The notes beneath the pieces are model-generated. The model made no database searches. It saw only the letters and a program-made list of their open reading frames with translations, and had not been told where the DNA came from. Position numbers and translations under genes: made by a program. From positions 206,832,001 through 206,896,000 of the forward strand of contig OZ024742.1 of assembly GCA_964016885.1 (NCBI GenBank): DNA of 64,000 bases, written 5' to 3'. Shown piece by piece: positions 13,701-27,373 of the stretch. Source of the DNA: Eledone cirrhosa (taxonomy: Eukaryota). Position 1 is the first letter of the stretch. Each line of letters starts with the position of its first letter.

Positions 13701-14164
13701 TTAAGGATAATGTCTGGATTCCTATGACCAAGCCAAGAAAAAGGTCACAAAGACCTAACTGAGAAAAAAAATGTTCCTAATTTCAAGAGAAATATTTCTT
13801 TGATTGTAATTTGTATAAATGGCATTTGAACATTTGCAACTGATATTAAAGAGAATGAGTTTATATTTCTCTTGAAGAGAATAATTTGGAATTTAATACC
13901 CAAAAGAAAAGAAAAAAAGCCATAAAATGATAAATAATTCTTTTTTGTATTGAGGAAAAAAAATGTCTATAAATCTTTTCGAAAATAAATTTTAATATTT
14001 CAAAAGTTAAAGGCCCAGATAATCTTAATTTGAAACAATGTGAAAGGCCTGAATGAAATCTTAAAGGAAAGAAGAAATTAAAGCTGATATTATTTTTGTT
14101 ATTCTTTGAGTCTCAGTATTTGGTGTTATTTAACTGGAAAGTTATTGGTGTTATTTAAGTGGAA

Positions 14165-14349
14165 GGGCGGTGGATTGGCAGTATCGGTAGAGGGTCGGAC
14201 GCCATGCTTTCCAGCATAGTTACGTCCCTTTACGATCTGAGTTCAAATCCCGCCGAGGTTGACTTTGCCTTTCATCCTTACGGGGTCAATAAAATAAAGT
14301 ACAAGTAATGCACTGGGTAATTGCTGGCCTTGTGCCTAAAGTAGAAACA
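14165..14349 (+). mobile_element. SINE family 1 with target-site duplication
   Basis: Full copy flanked by gttatttaa(g/c)tggaa on both sides, inside the Dong 3' UTR. Confidence 0.88.
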
Positions 14350-14482
14350 GTTATTTAACTGGAAAGTTTGATCAAATGAACATCAAGCTGCTACCTGCAG
14401 CCTAAGATATTCAGGATGTATTGGTGGGTTCTTGCTGTTCCCAGCAAGCATGCCTTTTGAAGTGTTCCAAAAAACGGGGCTG

Positions 14483-14525
<43 letters not shown>

Positions 14526-14526
<1 letters not shown>

Positions 14527-14740
14527 AGTTGCATTTATTTTGCTTTATGTTCATACGAGTTATCACCAAGTCACAACCAGTGACCCCAAGAGACAACAAG
14601 GTCCGCCATGTTCAAGAAAGAACATACATACACACACATGAATCTTTAGGTGTTTAGACTTGAGATGTACTTATATTGACAGAATCTTCCTTATTATATG
14701 GGCAGTTCCCATTAGTACTATCTTTTGTATTTCTCCTAAT
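14526..14740 (-). mobile_element. R4/Dong-like family B 3'-terminal fragment
   Basis: Reverse complement of ~2235-2447; abuts (TTA)n at 14483-14525. Confidence 0.88.
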
Positions 14741-14846
14741 GTATTTCTCCTATTATTGTATTTCTCCTATTATTATTATTATTATTATTATTGTAATTGC
14801 TGGCCTTGTGCATAAAGTAGAAACAATTATTATTATTATTATTATC

Positions 14847-14958
14847 ACTGAAATAAAGTGTCTTGCTCAAGGACATAACGCATCGCCCTGTCCAGGAGTC
14901 GAACTCACAACCTTACGATTGCGAATCCAATTCTCTAACCACTCAGCCACACGCCTTC
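14847..14958 (-). mobile_element. tRNA-derived SINE family 2, 5' part
   Basis: The minus strand has an A box (TGGCTGAGTGG), a B box (GTTCGACTCC) and then tgtccttgagcaagacacttt (resembles the CORE-domain motif). Confidence 0.8.
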
Positions 14959-17414
14959 ATACATATATCATTGCTGAAAATACGGACAGTGTCAACAAGT
15001 ACATCCAACTCCTTCTCACTCTTCCCAAAGAGTTTAAGATCATCCATGAAGAGGAGGTGGTTGATGGTAAACTCACCTTTTCCCAACTTGTATCCTGCTC
15101 TCACTTTTCGCAATATAAGGGTCAAGGGTATCAGTCAAGGACAAACAGCAGAGGGGACAAACTATCTCCCGGGAAGATACCTCTCTTGATCTTCACGCCT
15201 CCCAAGGATTCTCCACCCAATGTTAACTCTGTTTCCCAAGACTTCATACTTTTGCTCAACAACTGTCTGATACTATCTGCCACCTTGAAGATCTCTAGGC
15301 TTTTGGTTATCCAAGAATGAGGTACCATGTTGAATGCCTTTTTGAAATATATCCATCCCATGGCAAGACCAGTGTGCCTCCTCTTGCAATTCCTCATTAA
15401 CATCTTATCAATAAGTAACTGGTCTTTTTTACCCCGGGACATCTTTCGGCATCTTTTCTGTTTGTCCGGTAACAAGTTGTTTATGTGGAGGTGATGGTAG
15501 ATTTCCTCAGACACAATGCTTGTTAACAGTTTCCACATTACAGACAGACATGTGATAGGCCTATAGTTGGTAACATCATTACCTTTGATTCGGTCTTTCA
15601 TTACCATAACTGTGGCACCTTTTGTCAACCACTCTGGTACTTCACCCGACACCAAGCAGTCATTGAACATGGTTGTCAGTTTCGGGTGGAGGGATGTTAT
15701 ATTTTTAATCCAATACCCTTACACACCATCTGGGTCTGGTGAGTTCTAGTTGGTTAGTTTTTTGGCCTGCCCTTTAAGAATTTCAACTGTGATACTCAAA
15801 TCAGGTTTTTGGTGTGCTTGTTCACTAATCTCCTTTTGAACTGTCTCAATCCACACTGCCTGACTATTATGTTCAACATCCTGCCCCCATATTCCTCTCC
15901 AGAATGCCTTAGTCTGTTTCGCCCCAGGGATCAGTCGTTGCCTCTTTCTTTCCCTTCAAGCTGTCCAAACAACATTTTCTGGTTGTTGTCAAACATGCGG
16001 TTCTGTCTATACTGACTGACTCTGTTCTCATACTGCCTAATCTTTTCAATTTTTGCTACAATGCGTTGCTTCATGATAATATTTAGCTTTTTCCCCCTAG
16101 TTTTGTATTTTATTTCCAATCTATCTTTACTGTCTTTCTTTTGTAATGTCCCATTCAGTAAGGACTCAAACTTTCCAATGTCTGTTCTCATTTCCTTGAT
16201 TTGACCATGCAGTTGTTTCTTCGATCAAGGTTCTGATCTTTCTTGTTTTTTGTTTCCTCTTGCTTTTATGCTAAGTAACTTCCTCACCGCATTTGCAGTT
16301 GCTTTGAGGATATTGTTGCATTGGTGAAGGTTCCTCGCCTCAAGGTACGGGATGAATTTGTTTACCTTAGCTGTTGTTTCTTTTAACTTTTTCCTGTCTA
16401 CAAATCTTAGGTTCATAGGTTTTCCCCTATCATTGTTCATTTCATTTACCACTAAGTTTAGGATATCAACCAAATCTTGCCCTAACCCGTCAGCATTCAT
16501 TTCCTCAATGGCCGTATCTTTGTTCCAGATGTTATTTATTTCAGCATTCAGATCATTGTCTGCTTCAGATGGTTCTTCAGGTCTCTCAACCTCTTCACCT
16601 TCATTTCCCACTGGCTCGTTTGCCTGATATACTCCACTCTCCATTTCCAACTTAATCTCTCTGCTCAGTTCCTCCTGTTCCAACTCGCTTATCCATTCAT
16701 TAGTTCTTATTACCCGAGCCTGCCCGGCCAATTTTTTTTCATCTAATTTAAATAGATCAATCTCGTTCCAGATGTTATGCATCCTTTTTCCATGGGGTTA
16801 CTCTTCAGGTAACATTTCATGACAGTTTTATTCAATTCTTCCGTCCAGTTGGTTCTTGTCCCTTTCCTTCTTCTTCCTCCAACACCAACAGTATTTGGAT
16901 GATAGCCAGGTCCCTGCTGCTGGGCCTGGGAGCACTTGCTGGGTGAGAGTGTTTCACATGACGTTCCAGTCTCCTTTTCAGCATTATTCGAACTGTTTAG
17001 GTTCGACATTTAAACACTCATATCGAGGATTGGTGAATGTATGGTTACATAACCTCCGGTGATTTCATCACCCCCCGAGATTTTAGCGTGGCACCATCAC
17101 GCTGTAGATGAACATAAATAAATAAACAAATAAATAAATAAAAACATAAAAAAATAAACAAAAGTTTCATTGCAATGTTTGAATGTCTGACTTAGTTTCT
17201 TTTTTCCTTTTTGTTTTTCAAGGCCAGTAACATCGGTTACTAGTGTTGTTGTTGCTGCTGCTGTTTTTTACTTTAGCTACGCTAAGCTCGTAGTCATAAC
17301 AACGAGGGAGGTAGGGGTGTTGCGTTCAAAACTTTTAACATTTTTTTCCTTTTGATGTTGCGTTTGTTTTTGTCTATGTTCTGTTCTGTAATTTTTCGAC
17401 TTGTTGCTTATCGA

Positions 17415-17950
17415 GGAGGAAGGGCAGGCGGTTTTCATCTGCCTGGTGGCCATGGCGAAAGAGATTGTGTGATGGTCAAGGTTGAAAGGGTTAAAGACAG
17501 ACACTTTCCACTTCGGCGAATCCCTGATTAACTTTTTCAAGTTTCACTTGAAGAGGACAATCAGGGTGGAGTTTGTTGAAAGGTGGGTGAATGTAGCGAG
17601 AATGGTTCGAGTGAACGGGACCGCTCTGAAATATACGCCTGTAGTTTGAGGAATGGGAAAAAAATTGAGAGAAGGCGCTTGCCCTGGTGGTCAGAGTGGC
17701 CGGGGTCTTTTGTGTGGTTTTCGCCACAAGTAAGCCTCGGAGGTTTCCCCCTCTATTGGGGAATTTTTCATTGTTTCAATTTTCATTTTTATTGTTTATA
17801 TATATATATGTTTCTATGTCTTTTTTTCTTTGCTTATATAAATAATAAAAATCTTTACACGCACAAAACCCACATCGTACCGTCCTGTACCGTCCTGTTC
17901 CATCTGTAATGTTTTTCTTGATGTCAGCCCTTGTGGCCAATAAAGAAATC
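17415..17950 (+). mobile_element. Tx1-like element 3' fragment
   Basis: Homologous to 24165-24658; ends ccttgtggccaataaagaaatc+(att)n. Confidence 0.85.
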
Positions 17951-17966
17951 ATTATTATTATTATTA

Positions 17967-18135
17967 TTGCCAGTATCTGTAGAGGGTCGGACGCCATGCT
18001 TTGCAGCAAAGAGTTACGGCCCTTTATGGTCTGAGTTCAAATCCAGCCGAGGTTAACTTTCATCCTTACGGGGTCGATGAAATAAAGTACCAGTAATGCA
18101 CTGGAATAATTGCTGGCCTTGTGCCAAAAGTAGAT
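17967..18135 (+). mobile_element. SINE family 1 (5'-truncated)
   Basis: Matches 7706-7899; lies between ATT tracts. Confidence 0.85.
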
Positions 18136-18186
18136 ATAATAATAATAATAATAATAATTATTATTATTATTATTATTATTAGTATT

Positions 18187-18557
18187 TGAGGTTTCACCTG
18201 AAGAGGAAAATCAGGGTGGCGAGTGAAATGCTGACTTCCAGTCAGTTTGTTGAAAGGTGGGTGAGAGAGGCAAGAATGGCCCTTGTGAATGGGTCTAGCC
18301 TGAGCGTGTGCCTGTAGCATTGTAGGAGGAAAACTGGAAGAGGGCACCTGCCCGAACGGTCAGGATGACCGTGGCTTTTCTTGTGGGCTTTCTCCACGAG
18401 CAACCCTCGGAGGTCTCCCGCCTATTGGGAATTTTTCATTGTTTCCTATTGTCACACTCTGTTTTTGTTATTTTACACGCAGAAATGCCCATTTGTATTG
18501 TCCTGTGTTGTCCTTAATGTTATACTTTGTGTCAACCCTTGTGGTTAATAAAGAAAG

Positions 18558-18558
<1 letters not shown>
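18187..18558 (+). mobile_element. Tx1-like element 3' fragment
   Basis: Homologous to the 3' end of 18589-24658; ends ccttgtggttaataaagaaagc+(att)n. Confidence 0.85.
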
Positions 18559-18588
<30 letters not shown>

Positions 18589-19086
18589 GGCGACCTACGT
18601 AGTAAATCGTATCATCGTGAGCTCCGCAAAGGTTTGTTATTTTCAGTTGTTTAAAATTGCCATTTATGGAAAATTTTTATTGTTAACTGTATATAAGTGC
18701 ACATATATTGTTATCTGAAAAGGACACCCAAAAAGATTGGGGACTTGAGCCCAAAATTTAAACTTTTATAATTATCAAACAAAAATCTTTCTTTGAAAAA
18801 TCATGGACGACTCAGGGTCACTCCGTCCTTACAAACTAATACCTCACAGCGACACCACCATTGTAAATATTACTACGTTTGCCAACACTAAAAATATAAG
18901 CAGTAGCATTATTTTAAATTTGTCTCAGGCAGACATTCATTTCCCGCCATTACCAATGACTGCAGGAGTTAAAGCCGCCACCACCACCACCGCGACCCCC
19001 CCCCCCACACACCGCGACAACCACCCCCCACCACCATCACGACAACAGAAACAAAATAAAAAAATAAATTAACTCGTGATATCGAA

Positions 19087-20975
19087 ATGAATTCAACCAA
19101 AATGAACTCTTCCACACCGAACACCACTGACGCCACCACCACCACAACTGAAACTAAAATTAACAATAACAAAAATAACGATAACAACAGCAACAATGAA
19201 ATTAAGAAAACAACCCTGTCTTTTGCCAGAGTAGCAAGAAAGTGCGAAGCATTCCAGGTAACTCAGGAGGAATTAGAAGAAGCCAAAAAATGGTAAAGAA
19301 AGATGGGTGCAGGGTCAGCCCCCCCCCCCCCACACACACACACATCTAATAAAATGGAGCATCGGCGCCTATGCACCGTGTCTTAGCAGACGATTAACAT
19401 AAAATCGCGCCGAGTGGAACGGGCATCCGAGTCCCAAATCCAAAAACCTTTGGGACACGTGTGGGCAAAAAAAACCCACATCAGACGTGGGCAGAAATAT
19501 GGAACCGTGGACGTGTTCTTTGAAACACCACAGGAGGCCAGAGAACAGTCCATAGCCCCATTAAGAAGTGACGAATTCACACTCGTCCCAAGCTATTGTG
19601 GCCAGAGACTCGTGAAGATCAGGGTGACCCACGTTGCACCGGCCATCGAAATCCCCTGGCTAATGGTAGTCGTCCTCGCCGGCATCGAGACCAACACCAA
19701 GATAATCGAAATAGCGAAAGAAAAGCAGGAGAACTAGTCCGGATCTGGGATGGAGCTCCTGATCCAAGCGGACCAAAAAAGCATTGAGGAGATGCCAGAG
19801 GTAATAGACCTCACTGACGGCAGCCACCTCACCGTAATCGTCGAGGGCAGAAGGCCTACGTGTGTCGTTTGTGGTGAAGGAACCCACCTAAGGGCTTTCT
19901 GCCTTCAGGCTAAAAGGTTGATGCTACCTCTCTTACCCACCCCAGTGACTCAACCATCAACACCACCAGCAGCAGAAATGGCAGCAACAACTGTAGCAGC
20001 AACAATAGAAGAAACTGTAACAGCAACAACCCCAGCAGCAGTAGCAAAACCAACACCACCACCACCCAACGCGCCAGAGCTAGCACCAGCGCCTACACCA
20101 GCCACAACTAAAACTAACGCCAGTGGAGGATTTTCCACTCCCCGGCCTATCACAACTGGAGACAGATTGGGACGACGAGGAGTGGGAAACGGTATCAGGA
20201 AAAAAGAAAAAAAACAGAAACCAAAAAAGAAAAAATTCTCTTCCTTCCCCCTCCAAAAACAAAATACAGAGGGAAACAAATAAACTATCAAACAAAAAAG
20301 TTAGGACAGATATGCCACCATCCACACCAGTATCACCAACCCCATCACCCCAAACACCAACACCATCACCATCATTAACCCCAAAACCACCATTACCTAC
20401 ACCACAAAGGTCACCAAAAAGCGAAACAGAAACAAACCCACAACAAACACAAACAAAACAAAACTACCAAAACGATACACACAAGACAGCATTAAATTTG
20501 AACAACAACCAGTGGATTGGCAGTATCGGTAGAGGGTCGGACGCCATGCTTTGACGCATAGAGTTACGACCCTTGCCATTCTGAGTTCAAATCCCGCCGA
20601 GGTTAACTTTGCCTTTCATCCTTATGGGGTCGATAAAATAAAGTACCAGTAATACACTGGGTAATTGCTGGCCTTGTGCCAAAAGTAGAAACAATTAAAT
20701 TTGAACAACAACCAATTATTACACTACATCCAACACAACACCAGCATCACAGAAAAAGACTACACAACAACCAAAAGTTCACACCACCTCCATACATACA
20801 AATCACTCGCATCACACAGAAAACGTACATTACACTAAAACAAAAATTCCCCAAAGACATCGGAGACTTCCGACAAGCACTCTCCAGGAGGATTTATAAG
20901 GACATCCTTCCTGAGGAGGTCACAAGCAGTGAAAAGGATGGAGAAACCGTCCTTCCTCTACGAGAAGTAAGGTAA
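19087..20975 (+). pseudogene. Tx1 ORF1 (nucleic-acid-binding protein, CCHC knuckle), disrupted
   Basis: Fragments 19087-19296, 19414-19737, 19750-20283, 20123-20554 and 20676-20975. CVVCGEGTHLRAFC = C-x2-C-x4-H-x4-C; Pro/Thr-rich linker. Confidence 0.7.
20512..20693 (+). mobile_element. SINE family 1 with 21-bp TSD, inserted in Tx1 ORF1
   Basis: attaaatttgaacaacaacca at 20491-20511 and 20694-20714. Confidence 0.92.
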
Positions 20976-21009
20976 GTGGTCTTTCCCTTCTTTTCCTCTC
21001 CATTTCAAC

Positions 21010-24000
21010 ATGACCTCACTCAGAATAGGCAGCATAAATGCGCGTGGCTTGGGGTCGTCATGGAAGCAAGGCCACCTGCTCAACGACCTCAGGTCACTAA
21101 ACATAGATGTAGTGGCCATCAGCGAGACCAGAATCTCCGAAGCACGGGCCTTCGCACCGATCTTCGGCGGCTACGATGTGTACGCATCTCCCAGCCGTCC
21201 GGGATCGGGGGGAGGAGTTGCCGTGCTTTTTCGGAGAGGTTTAGGCATTGCCATACCGGCCATCTTCCTGGACCCAGAAGGTAAGTTGGTGCTGCTGGAC
21301 GTGACCAGCGGAGACGGGCAAGCTTTCAGATTAGTGGCCGTCTATGCCACGACAGGAGCAGGGCGGCCTGATTTCTTCCGGCGTCTGGAGACCTTTCTTA
21401 GAACATCCCGCTCTTTAATGTTAGTGGGCGACTGTAACGGGATCTTAGTGCACGCTGAGACTGTGTGGGATTAGTGGATAGGGGAGGAGGGTGCAAGAGT
21501 CTCACCAACCTGCTCAGGCGTTTTGAACTGTCTGACAGGTACCGATTGGATTTCCCGAATGTGCCAATGTGGACTTGGACATATCGAATGGGGGCATCCA
21601 GATCATATCTAGATAGAGAATTTTGTAGGGAAATAGATAGGTCTAGCATAGGCTGTCCACAATTCAAGATAGTCAGCTACACGGACTACAAATTCGTGAT
21701 ATGTGTGCTTGACCTATATAGGGTTCATAGACGAGGACCCGGCTACTGGAAGCTAAACGCGTCCTTACCAGCGCGCAAGGCCTAGAGAGACCGGATTAGC
21801 GAACTAGTTAAGCGGGCGTTGACGGGGGCCATCGTCAACAACAAGTGGTGGTTTGCTCTGAAAAGAGCAATTAGAATAGAGTCCATTATGTTTAGTAAGG
21901 CTTTAGCAATAAAGAAAAATAGAGTAGAGGGAGAATTAGTTAGAAAATTCGACGAGGCGCTTAGCAAAGTCATCGCGACCGACGTACTTGCGGCGAAATT
22001 GGCCCTTGACCAATTCTTCAATGCAAAGCACGAAGGCTGCGTTGTCTGAGCTAGGGTGCGTGCTCTCAGACACGAGGGGACGAAAGCAGTTCAATGGGCC
22101 CGAGTGGCGGAGGCTCGTCGTTGCAACAAAGCCACGATCCGGTCTTTGGTGGACCACGACGGGCGCATGCTACTCGATCGCGGGCAAATGTGTGAAGCTT
22201 TTCAGCGACACTTCGCACAACTGTTCGGGGGGCAGCGGCGGGCCGGATTAAGGGATGTACTTTAGTGTCTACCTCGACGGACTGCCGCTGCTCTCGGCCA
22301 CTGAGGCAGAGTGTTGCCAAATGCCGATAACAGCCGCTGAAGTACGGGAGGCAATGACTGGCTGCACAAGGGGTAAATCGCCTGGTTTGGATGGTCTGTC
22401 CTATGAACTTTACGTACAGATGCTAGACTTGTTCGGAGACCTCTTGGCGTACGTCTACTGCAACTGGCAACAGAACGGGAGAACTCCCAGCTCTGTGAGC
22501 CGAAGAGCTGTGGCGCTGCTGAGAAAGGATCCGAACAAGGGGGATAACATAGATAATTTCAGGCCCATAACTCTGCTAAACACAGAGTTCAAGATTTTGG
22601 CCAAGGTGCTAGCAAAGAGGTTGGCGCTTGTCGTTGGTGGTCTGGTGGGAGAGGCGCAGACGTGCGCCATTCCCGACAGATCCATCCACGACAACCTCCA
22701 CCTCATGCGATACATCGTAGAGAGGGTAGCTAGGGAACCTGGCACGGGTGGGTCCTTGATCAATTTAGATCAGTCGAAAGCTTTCGATAGGGTCGACCAT
22801 CGTTACCTAGCGGCAGTCCCTAGAGCGGCTGGCTTTGGGCCCGTCTTCAGAGGCTGGATCGCTGCCATGCACAGCGACATCTGCTCTGTGGTGAGAGTGA
22901 ACGGTCACCTTTTGGTCCGCCATGCGCTCGCTCTGCCAAGGATTTCCCCTCTCGCCCCTCTTGTACGTATTGACTCTCGAGCCATTACTGCAAAGACTGG
23001 AGACGTTGAGGGGGGTCCCGAGCGAACTAGGATGCGGAAGATCCGTGTCAGCATATGCGGACGATGTCACCGTAGTGGTGTCGAATGCCAGACACATCGA
23101 GGCGATCGGCACTACACTAAGAGAATACGAAGCGGTGACAGGAGCAATGATCAACCAGGAAAAGTCAGTGGGCCTGCAGCTCGGCACCTGGAGAGGCAGG
23201 TCCATGCCGTCCAACAGCGTCGTCGGGCGCTGGACGGACGGACCGGTTAAATTGCTAAGGGTCTGGTTCGGTCCGGACCTCCAGACAGACAAAAACTGGG
23301 ACGAGGTGACGAGCAGGGTGGCTTCTCTCACCCAGAAATGGGCGGAGAGGAAGCTATCCCTGAAAGGTCGAGCGGAGGTGGCTAACGCGTACATCGCGTC
23401 TGTCATCTACTATCGCCTGACCGTCGTACCTTGTCCGCCTGACTGCGCTGGAGCGTTCGCTCTTTCGCTTTTTGTGGAAGGGACGCGCTCCGATGGTCAG
23501 GCGGCCCATCTGCTGTCAACACCCGCTACGTGGAGGGCTGGACTTGCCGTGGCTGATGATGCGCAGACACGCGCTCAGGCTACGACACCTCCACCTCTTC
23601 CTCGACGGTGATCAGGTGTGGTCGCCGTTTGCTAGACACGTCTTTCCCCAGCTCGTCTCCTTGACGGAGCTGCAGTCCTGGGTCAAGCAAAGACCGAGAG
23701 GGAGCGCTTGGAGACTGGAATGTCTTCAGGCGCTCACAGCCCTCGACCAATCGGGAAATGTGATCGGTGGAAACTCCACCTTGGCGTTCTATAGAGGATT
23801 AGTGGAGGGGAAGAGCGACGACGTACTTGGAGAAACTCTAGGCATCGACGAAAATCAACTAGCCAATCTCTTTGGAGGGACTTTCGGACCCGGGCCTATG
23901 GACAACTTCCAAAAATCCCTGGCCTGGCAGTGCTACCAAGGAGCTTTGCCAATTCGGGATAAACTCTACAGGAATTGATGTGCCGTCAGCCGGGCATCTC

Positions 24001-24413
24001 CGAGATGCGCGCAGGGCGTCGAAACCGTCCTGCACGCACTCGTCCATTGTCCGAGCATTGCTGACTTGTAGGTTTATGTCGAACACCTGCTGTTACGTGT
24101 AGGACGGATCCAGCTATCAGTTGAGTCCATCGTGAGGATTGCCCCGCCCTCTTCCTTTAGCCGGGAAGGGTAGGCAGTTTTTATCTGTCTGGTGGCTATG
24201 GCGAAAGAGATAGTATCGTGGACACGTTTGAAAGGGCTGAAGACGAGCACTTACCTCTTCGGTGATGCCCTGATTGACTTTTTCAAATTTCATTTGAAAA
24301 GGAAAATCAGAGTAGAGAGGGAAGTGCTCTCTTCCCAGCATTTTGTTGAAAGATGGGTGAGAGAAGCAAGAATGGCCCGAGTGAATGGGCCTACTCTGAG
24401 TATGTATCTGTAA
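21010..24413 (+). pseudogene. Tx1 ORF2 (APE endonuclease + reverse transcriptase), disrupted
   Basis: SINARGL..ISET..GGGVAVL..VGDCN..LDR (APE); GPGYWKLN; KSPGLDGL, NFRPITLLN, DQSKAFDRVDH, QGFPLSPLLY, AYADDV (RT); GGLDLP; C-terminal CPRC..H..C remnant. Confidence 0.9.
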
Positions 24414-24656
24414 ATTAAAGGTGGAAAACTGGGAGAGGGCCTTAGTGGTCAGGGTCACTGTGGCCTTTTACTGGGCTTTCTCCACAAATGTCCCTCCGAA
24501 GACTCCCCCCTATTGGGGAATTTTTCATTGTTATTTTTTTGTTACATCCTCTGTTTTTGTTTTTTACACGCAGAAATTCCCATTTGTACCGTGCTGTATT
24601 GTCCTGCACTGTCCTTAATGTCTACTTTATGTAAACCCTTGTGGTTAATAAAGAAA

Positions 24657-24688
<32 letters not shown>

Positions 24689-24699
24689 GTTATTGTTAT

Positions 24700-27373
24700 T
24701 CCTTGAATCTCAGTCATTGATGTTGGTTAACTGGAAAGTCCGTTGGATTGAATATCAAGCCACTACCTGCAGCCTCAGATATTCAGGACGTATCGGAGGG
24801 TTCTTGCCGTTCCAAGCAAGCATGCCTTTTGAAGCGTTCCAAAAAGCGTGAAGGGGCCGATTTTCTTTAACCATCCCTGGAAACCTTTGGAGATAGTCCC
24901 CAGTGCGCCTATGACAATCGGGATCACTTTGACTTCATGGCAGTTCCAAATCCTTTTCACCTCCGACTTTAGGTCCTGGTATCGGTTAATTTTCTCCCTC
25001 TCCTTCTCTTGCACTCTCGTGTCGAACGGGCAGGCCACATCCACAATCAGGCACGATCTTTTTTCTTTGTCCACAACCACCAGGTCAGGTCTATTGTGTT
25101 CCAGTTTTTTGTCCGTCTGTATCCTAAAATCCCACAGCACCTTCACCTGACTGTTCTCCATCACCGCCTCTGGCCTATGCTCATACCATTTCTCAGAATG
25201 TGGTAGATTGTTTACTTTGCACAGGTGCCAGTGGATCACCCTGCCCATCACATCGTGTCTCCAGCCCTTATAGTGGGTCTGGGCTAGGTGTTTACACTCG
25301 GACACAATGTGAGCCACAGTCTCCTCTCTCTCTCCACAGATCCTGCACAGTGGGCTAGCCTCCTCCTTGTAGATATGGTGCTTCAACCACTTCGTTTTGA
25401 GGGCCTGCTCCTGCGCAGCCATTAGCATTCCTTCTGTAGCCTTTTTGAGGTCTCCTCTTCTCAACCAGTTCCATGTCTGTGGATCTCTAAATTCAGTTTT
25501 CTCAAAGAAGGTACTATGAAGGGATTTTCCCTTAAGGCTGCTCTTCCTCCTTGATGTTATTTCCTCCTTGGGTATCCCCTGGCCTACTGTCCCCTCCTTC
25601 AGTACAGCTCTGAGCATTGGCTCCTTACTATAGGTCACGTATTTGTATAGGTTGTTTTTCTCCATCTGAACACAGTCCTCTATGCTGATAAGACCTCTTC
25701 CACCCTCAGATCTCCTTAGGTAGAGTCTATCGACATCACTCCTCTTGTGGAACATGTTGTAGATAGTCAATAGCTTCCTAGTCTTCCTATCCATTTCTTT
25801 TTGTTCAGCAACATTCCATCTCAGAATTCCCGCACTGTACCTAATAATAGACACAGCTCGGGAATTTACTGCGCTTATGGCATTTCTGCTGTTCAGATGT
25901 GACTTCAATACGCTCCTTACTCTCCGAATGTATTCAGTTCTTAACAATTCCTTCATTTTTTTGTTCTTTATGCCATCAGCCTCCAGAACGCCCAAATACT
26001 TGTATCCTTCCTCAGAGTCAATTTCCTTTATCATCTCACCTGTTGGTATCTGGATCCCGTTACTTCTGCTCAACCTACCCCTCCTCATCACAATGACTCC
26101 ACATTTACCAATACCAAACTGCATACATATATCACTGCTGAAAATACGGACAGTGTCAACAAGCACATCCAACTCCTTCTCACTTTTCCCGAAGAGCTTA
26201 AGATCGTCCATGAAGAGGAGGTGATTGATGGTAAGCTCTCCCCTTCCCAACTTGTATCCTGCTCTCACTTTTCGCAGCATAATGGTCAAGGGCATCAGGG
26301 CAAGGACAAACAACAGAGGGGACAGGCTATCTCCCTGGAAGATACCTCTCTTGATCTTCACGCTTCCCAAGGATACTCCAGTTGATGTCAACTCTGTCTC
26401 CCAGGACCCCATACTCCTGCCCAGCAACTGTCTGATGTTATCTGCCACCCTGAAGATCTCCAGGCTTTTGGTGATCCAGGAATGAGGCACCATGTCAAAT
26501 GCCTTTCTGTAGTCTATCCATCCCATGGCAAGATCAGTGTGTCTCCTCCTGCAATTCCCCATTACCATCTTATCAATAAGCAACTGGTCCTTTGTACCAC
26601 GTGACTTCTTTCGGCATCCTTTCTGTTCGTCCGGCAACAAGTTGTTTGTGTGGAGGTGATGGTAGATTTCCTCAGACACAATGCTCGTCAACAGTTTCCA
26701 CATTACGGGCAGACATGTGATAGGTCTATAGTTGGTAACATCATTACCCTTGATTCGGTCTTTCATTATCAGAACTGTGGTACCTTTTGTCAACCACTCT
26801 GGCACCTCACCCGACACCAAGCAGTCATTGAACATGGCCGTCAGCTTCGGGTGGAGGGATGTTAAATGTTTAATCCAATACCCCTGCACACCATCTGGGC
26901 CTGGTGATTTCCAGTTGGTTAGTTTTTTGGCTTGCCCCTTAAGAGTTTCAACTGTGATACTCAAATCAGTCTGTTGCTGTGCCTGCTCACCGATCTCCCT
27001 CTGTACTGTCTCAATCCACTCTGCCTGGGCATTGTGTCTAACATCCTGCTCCCATATTCCTCTCCAGAATGTTTTAGCTTGTTCCGCCCCAGGGATCAAG
27101 TCGGTGCCTCTTTCTTTCCCCTCAAGCTGTCCAAACAGCATCTTCTGGTTGTTGTCGAACATGCGGTTCTGTTTATACTGACTGACTCTGTTCTCGTATC
27201 GCCTGATTTTGGCACTCTTTGCTACAATGCGTTGCTTCAATTCCTCTATGATAATATTTAGCTTTTTACTCCTAGTTTTGTATTTTATTTCCAGTCTATT
27301 TTTAGTGCCTATGTTTTTTAGTGTCCCATTCAGTAGTGACTCAAGCTTTCCTATGTCATTTCTCATTTCCCCG

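Larger units (their letters stand above)
14097..17200 (-). mobile_element. R4/Dong-like family A copy, internally deleted and multiply interrupted
   Basis: 3' end at 14097-14480. N-terminus to RT at 14958-17009 (ORFs 14943-15125, 15131-15670, 15931-16191, 16225-16782, 16743-17009). 5' UTR at 17010-17200. Confidence 0.9.
18589..24658 (+). mobile_element. Tx1-like (L1 clade) retrotransposon, apparently full length but degenerate
   Basis: Bounded by (ATT)n on both sides. Two ORFs: ORF1 with a gag-type knuckle and ORF2 with APE-RT. 3' UTR ends in AATAAA-GAAATC. Confidence 0.9.

Noticed and set aside
14847-14958. tRNA gene
   Set aside because: A/B boxes are present, but the sequence runs into a SINE body and recurs as diverged copies.
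20968-20978. AG|GTAAGT splice donor at the Tx1 ORF1 stop
   Set aside because: Single occurrence with no supporting acceptor or second copy.
24848-27261. Recurrent ORFs antisense to the Dong RT ([10 protein letters not shown].., MMVSSPFPN..)
   Set aside because: Shadow frames that recur only because the element is repeated; no recognisable motifs.
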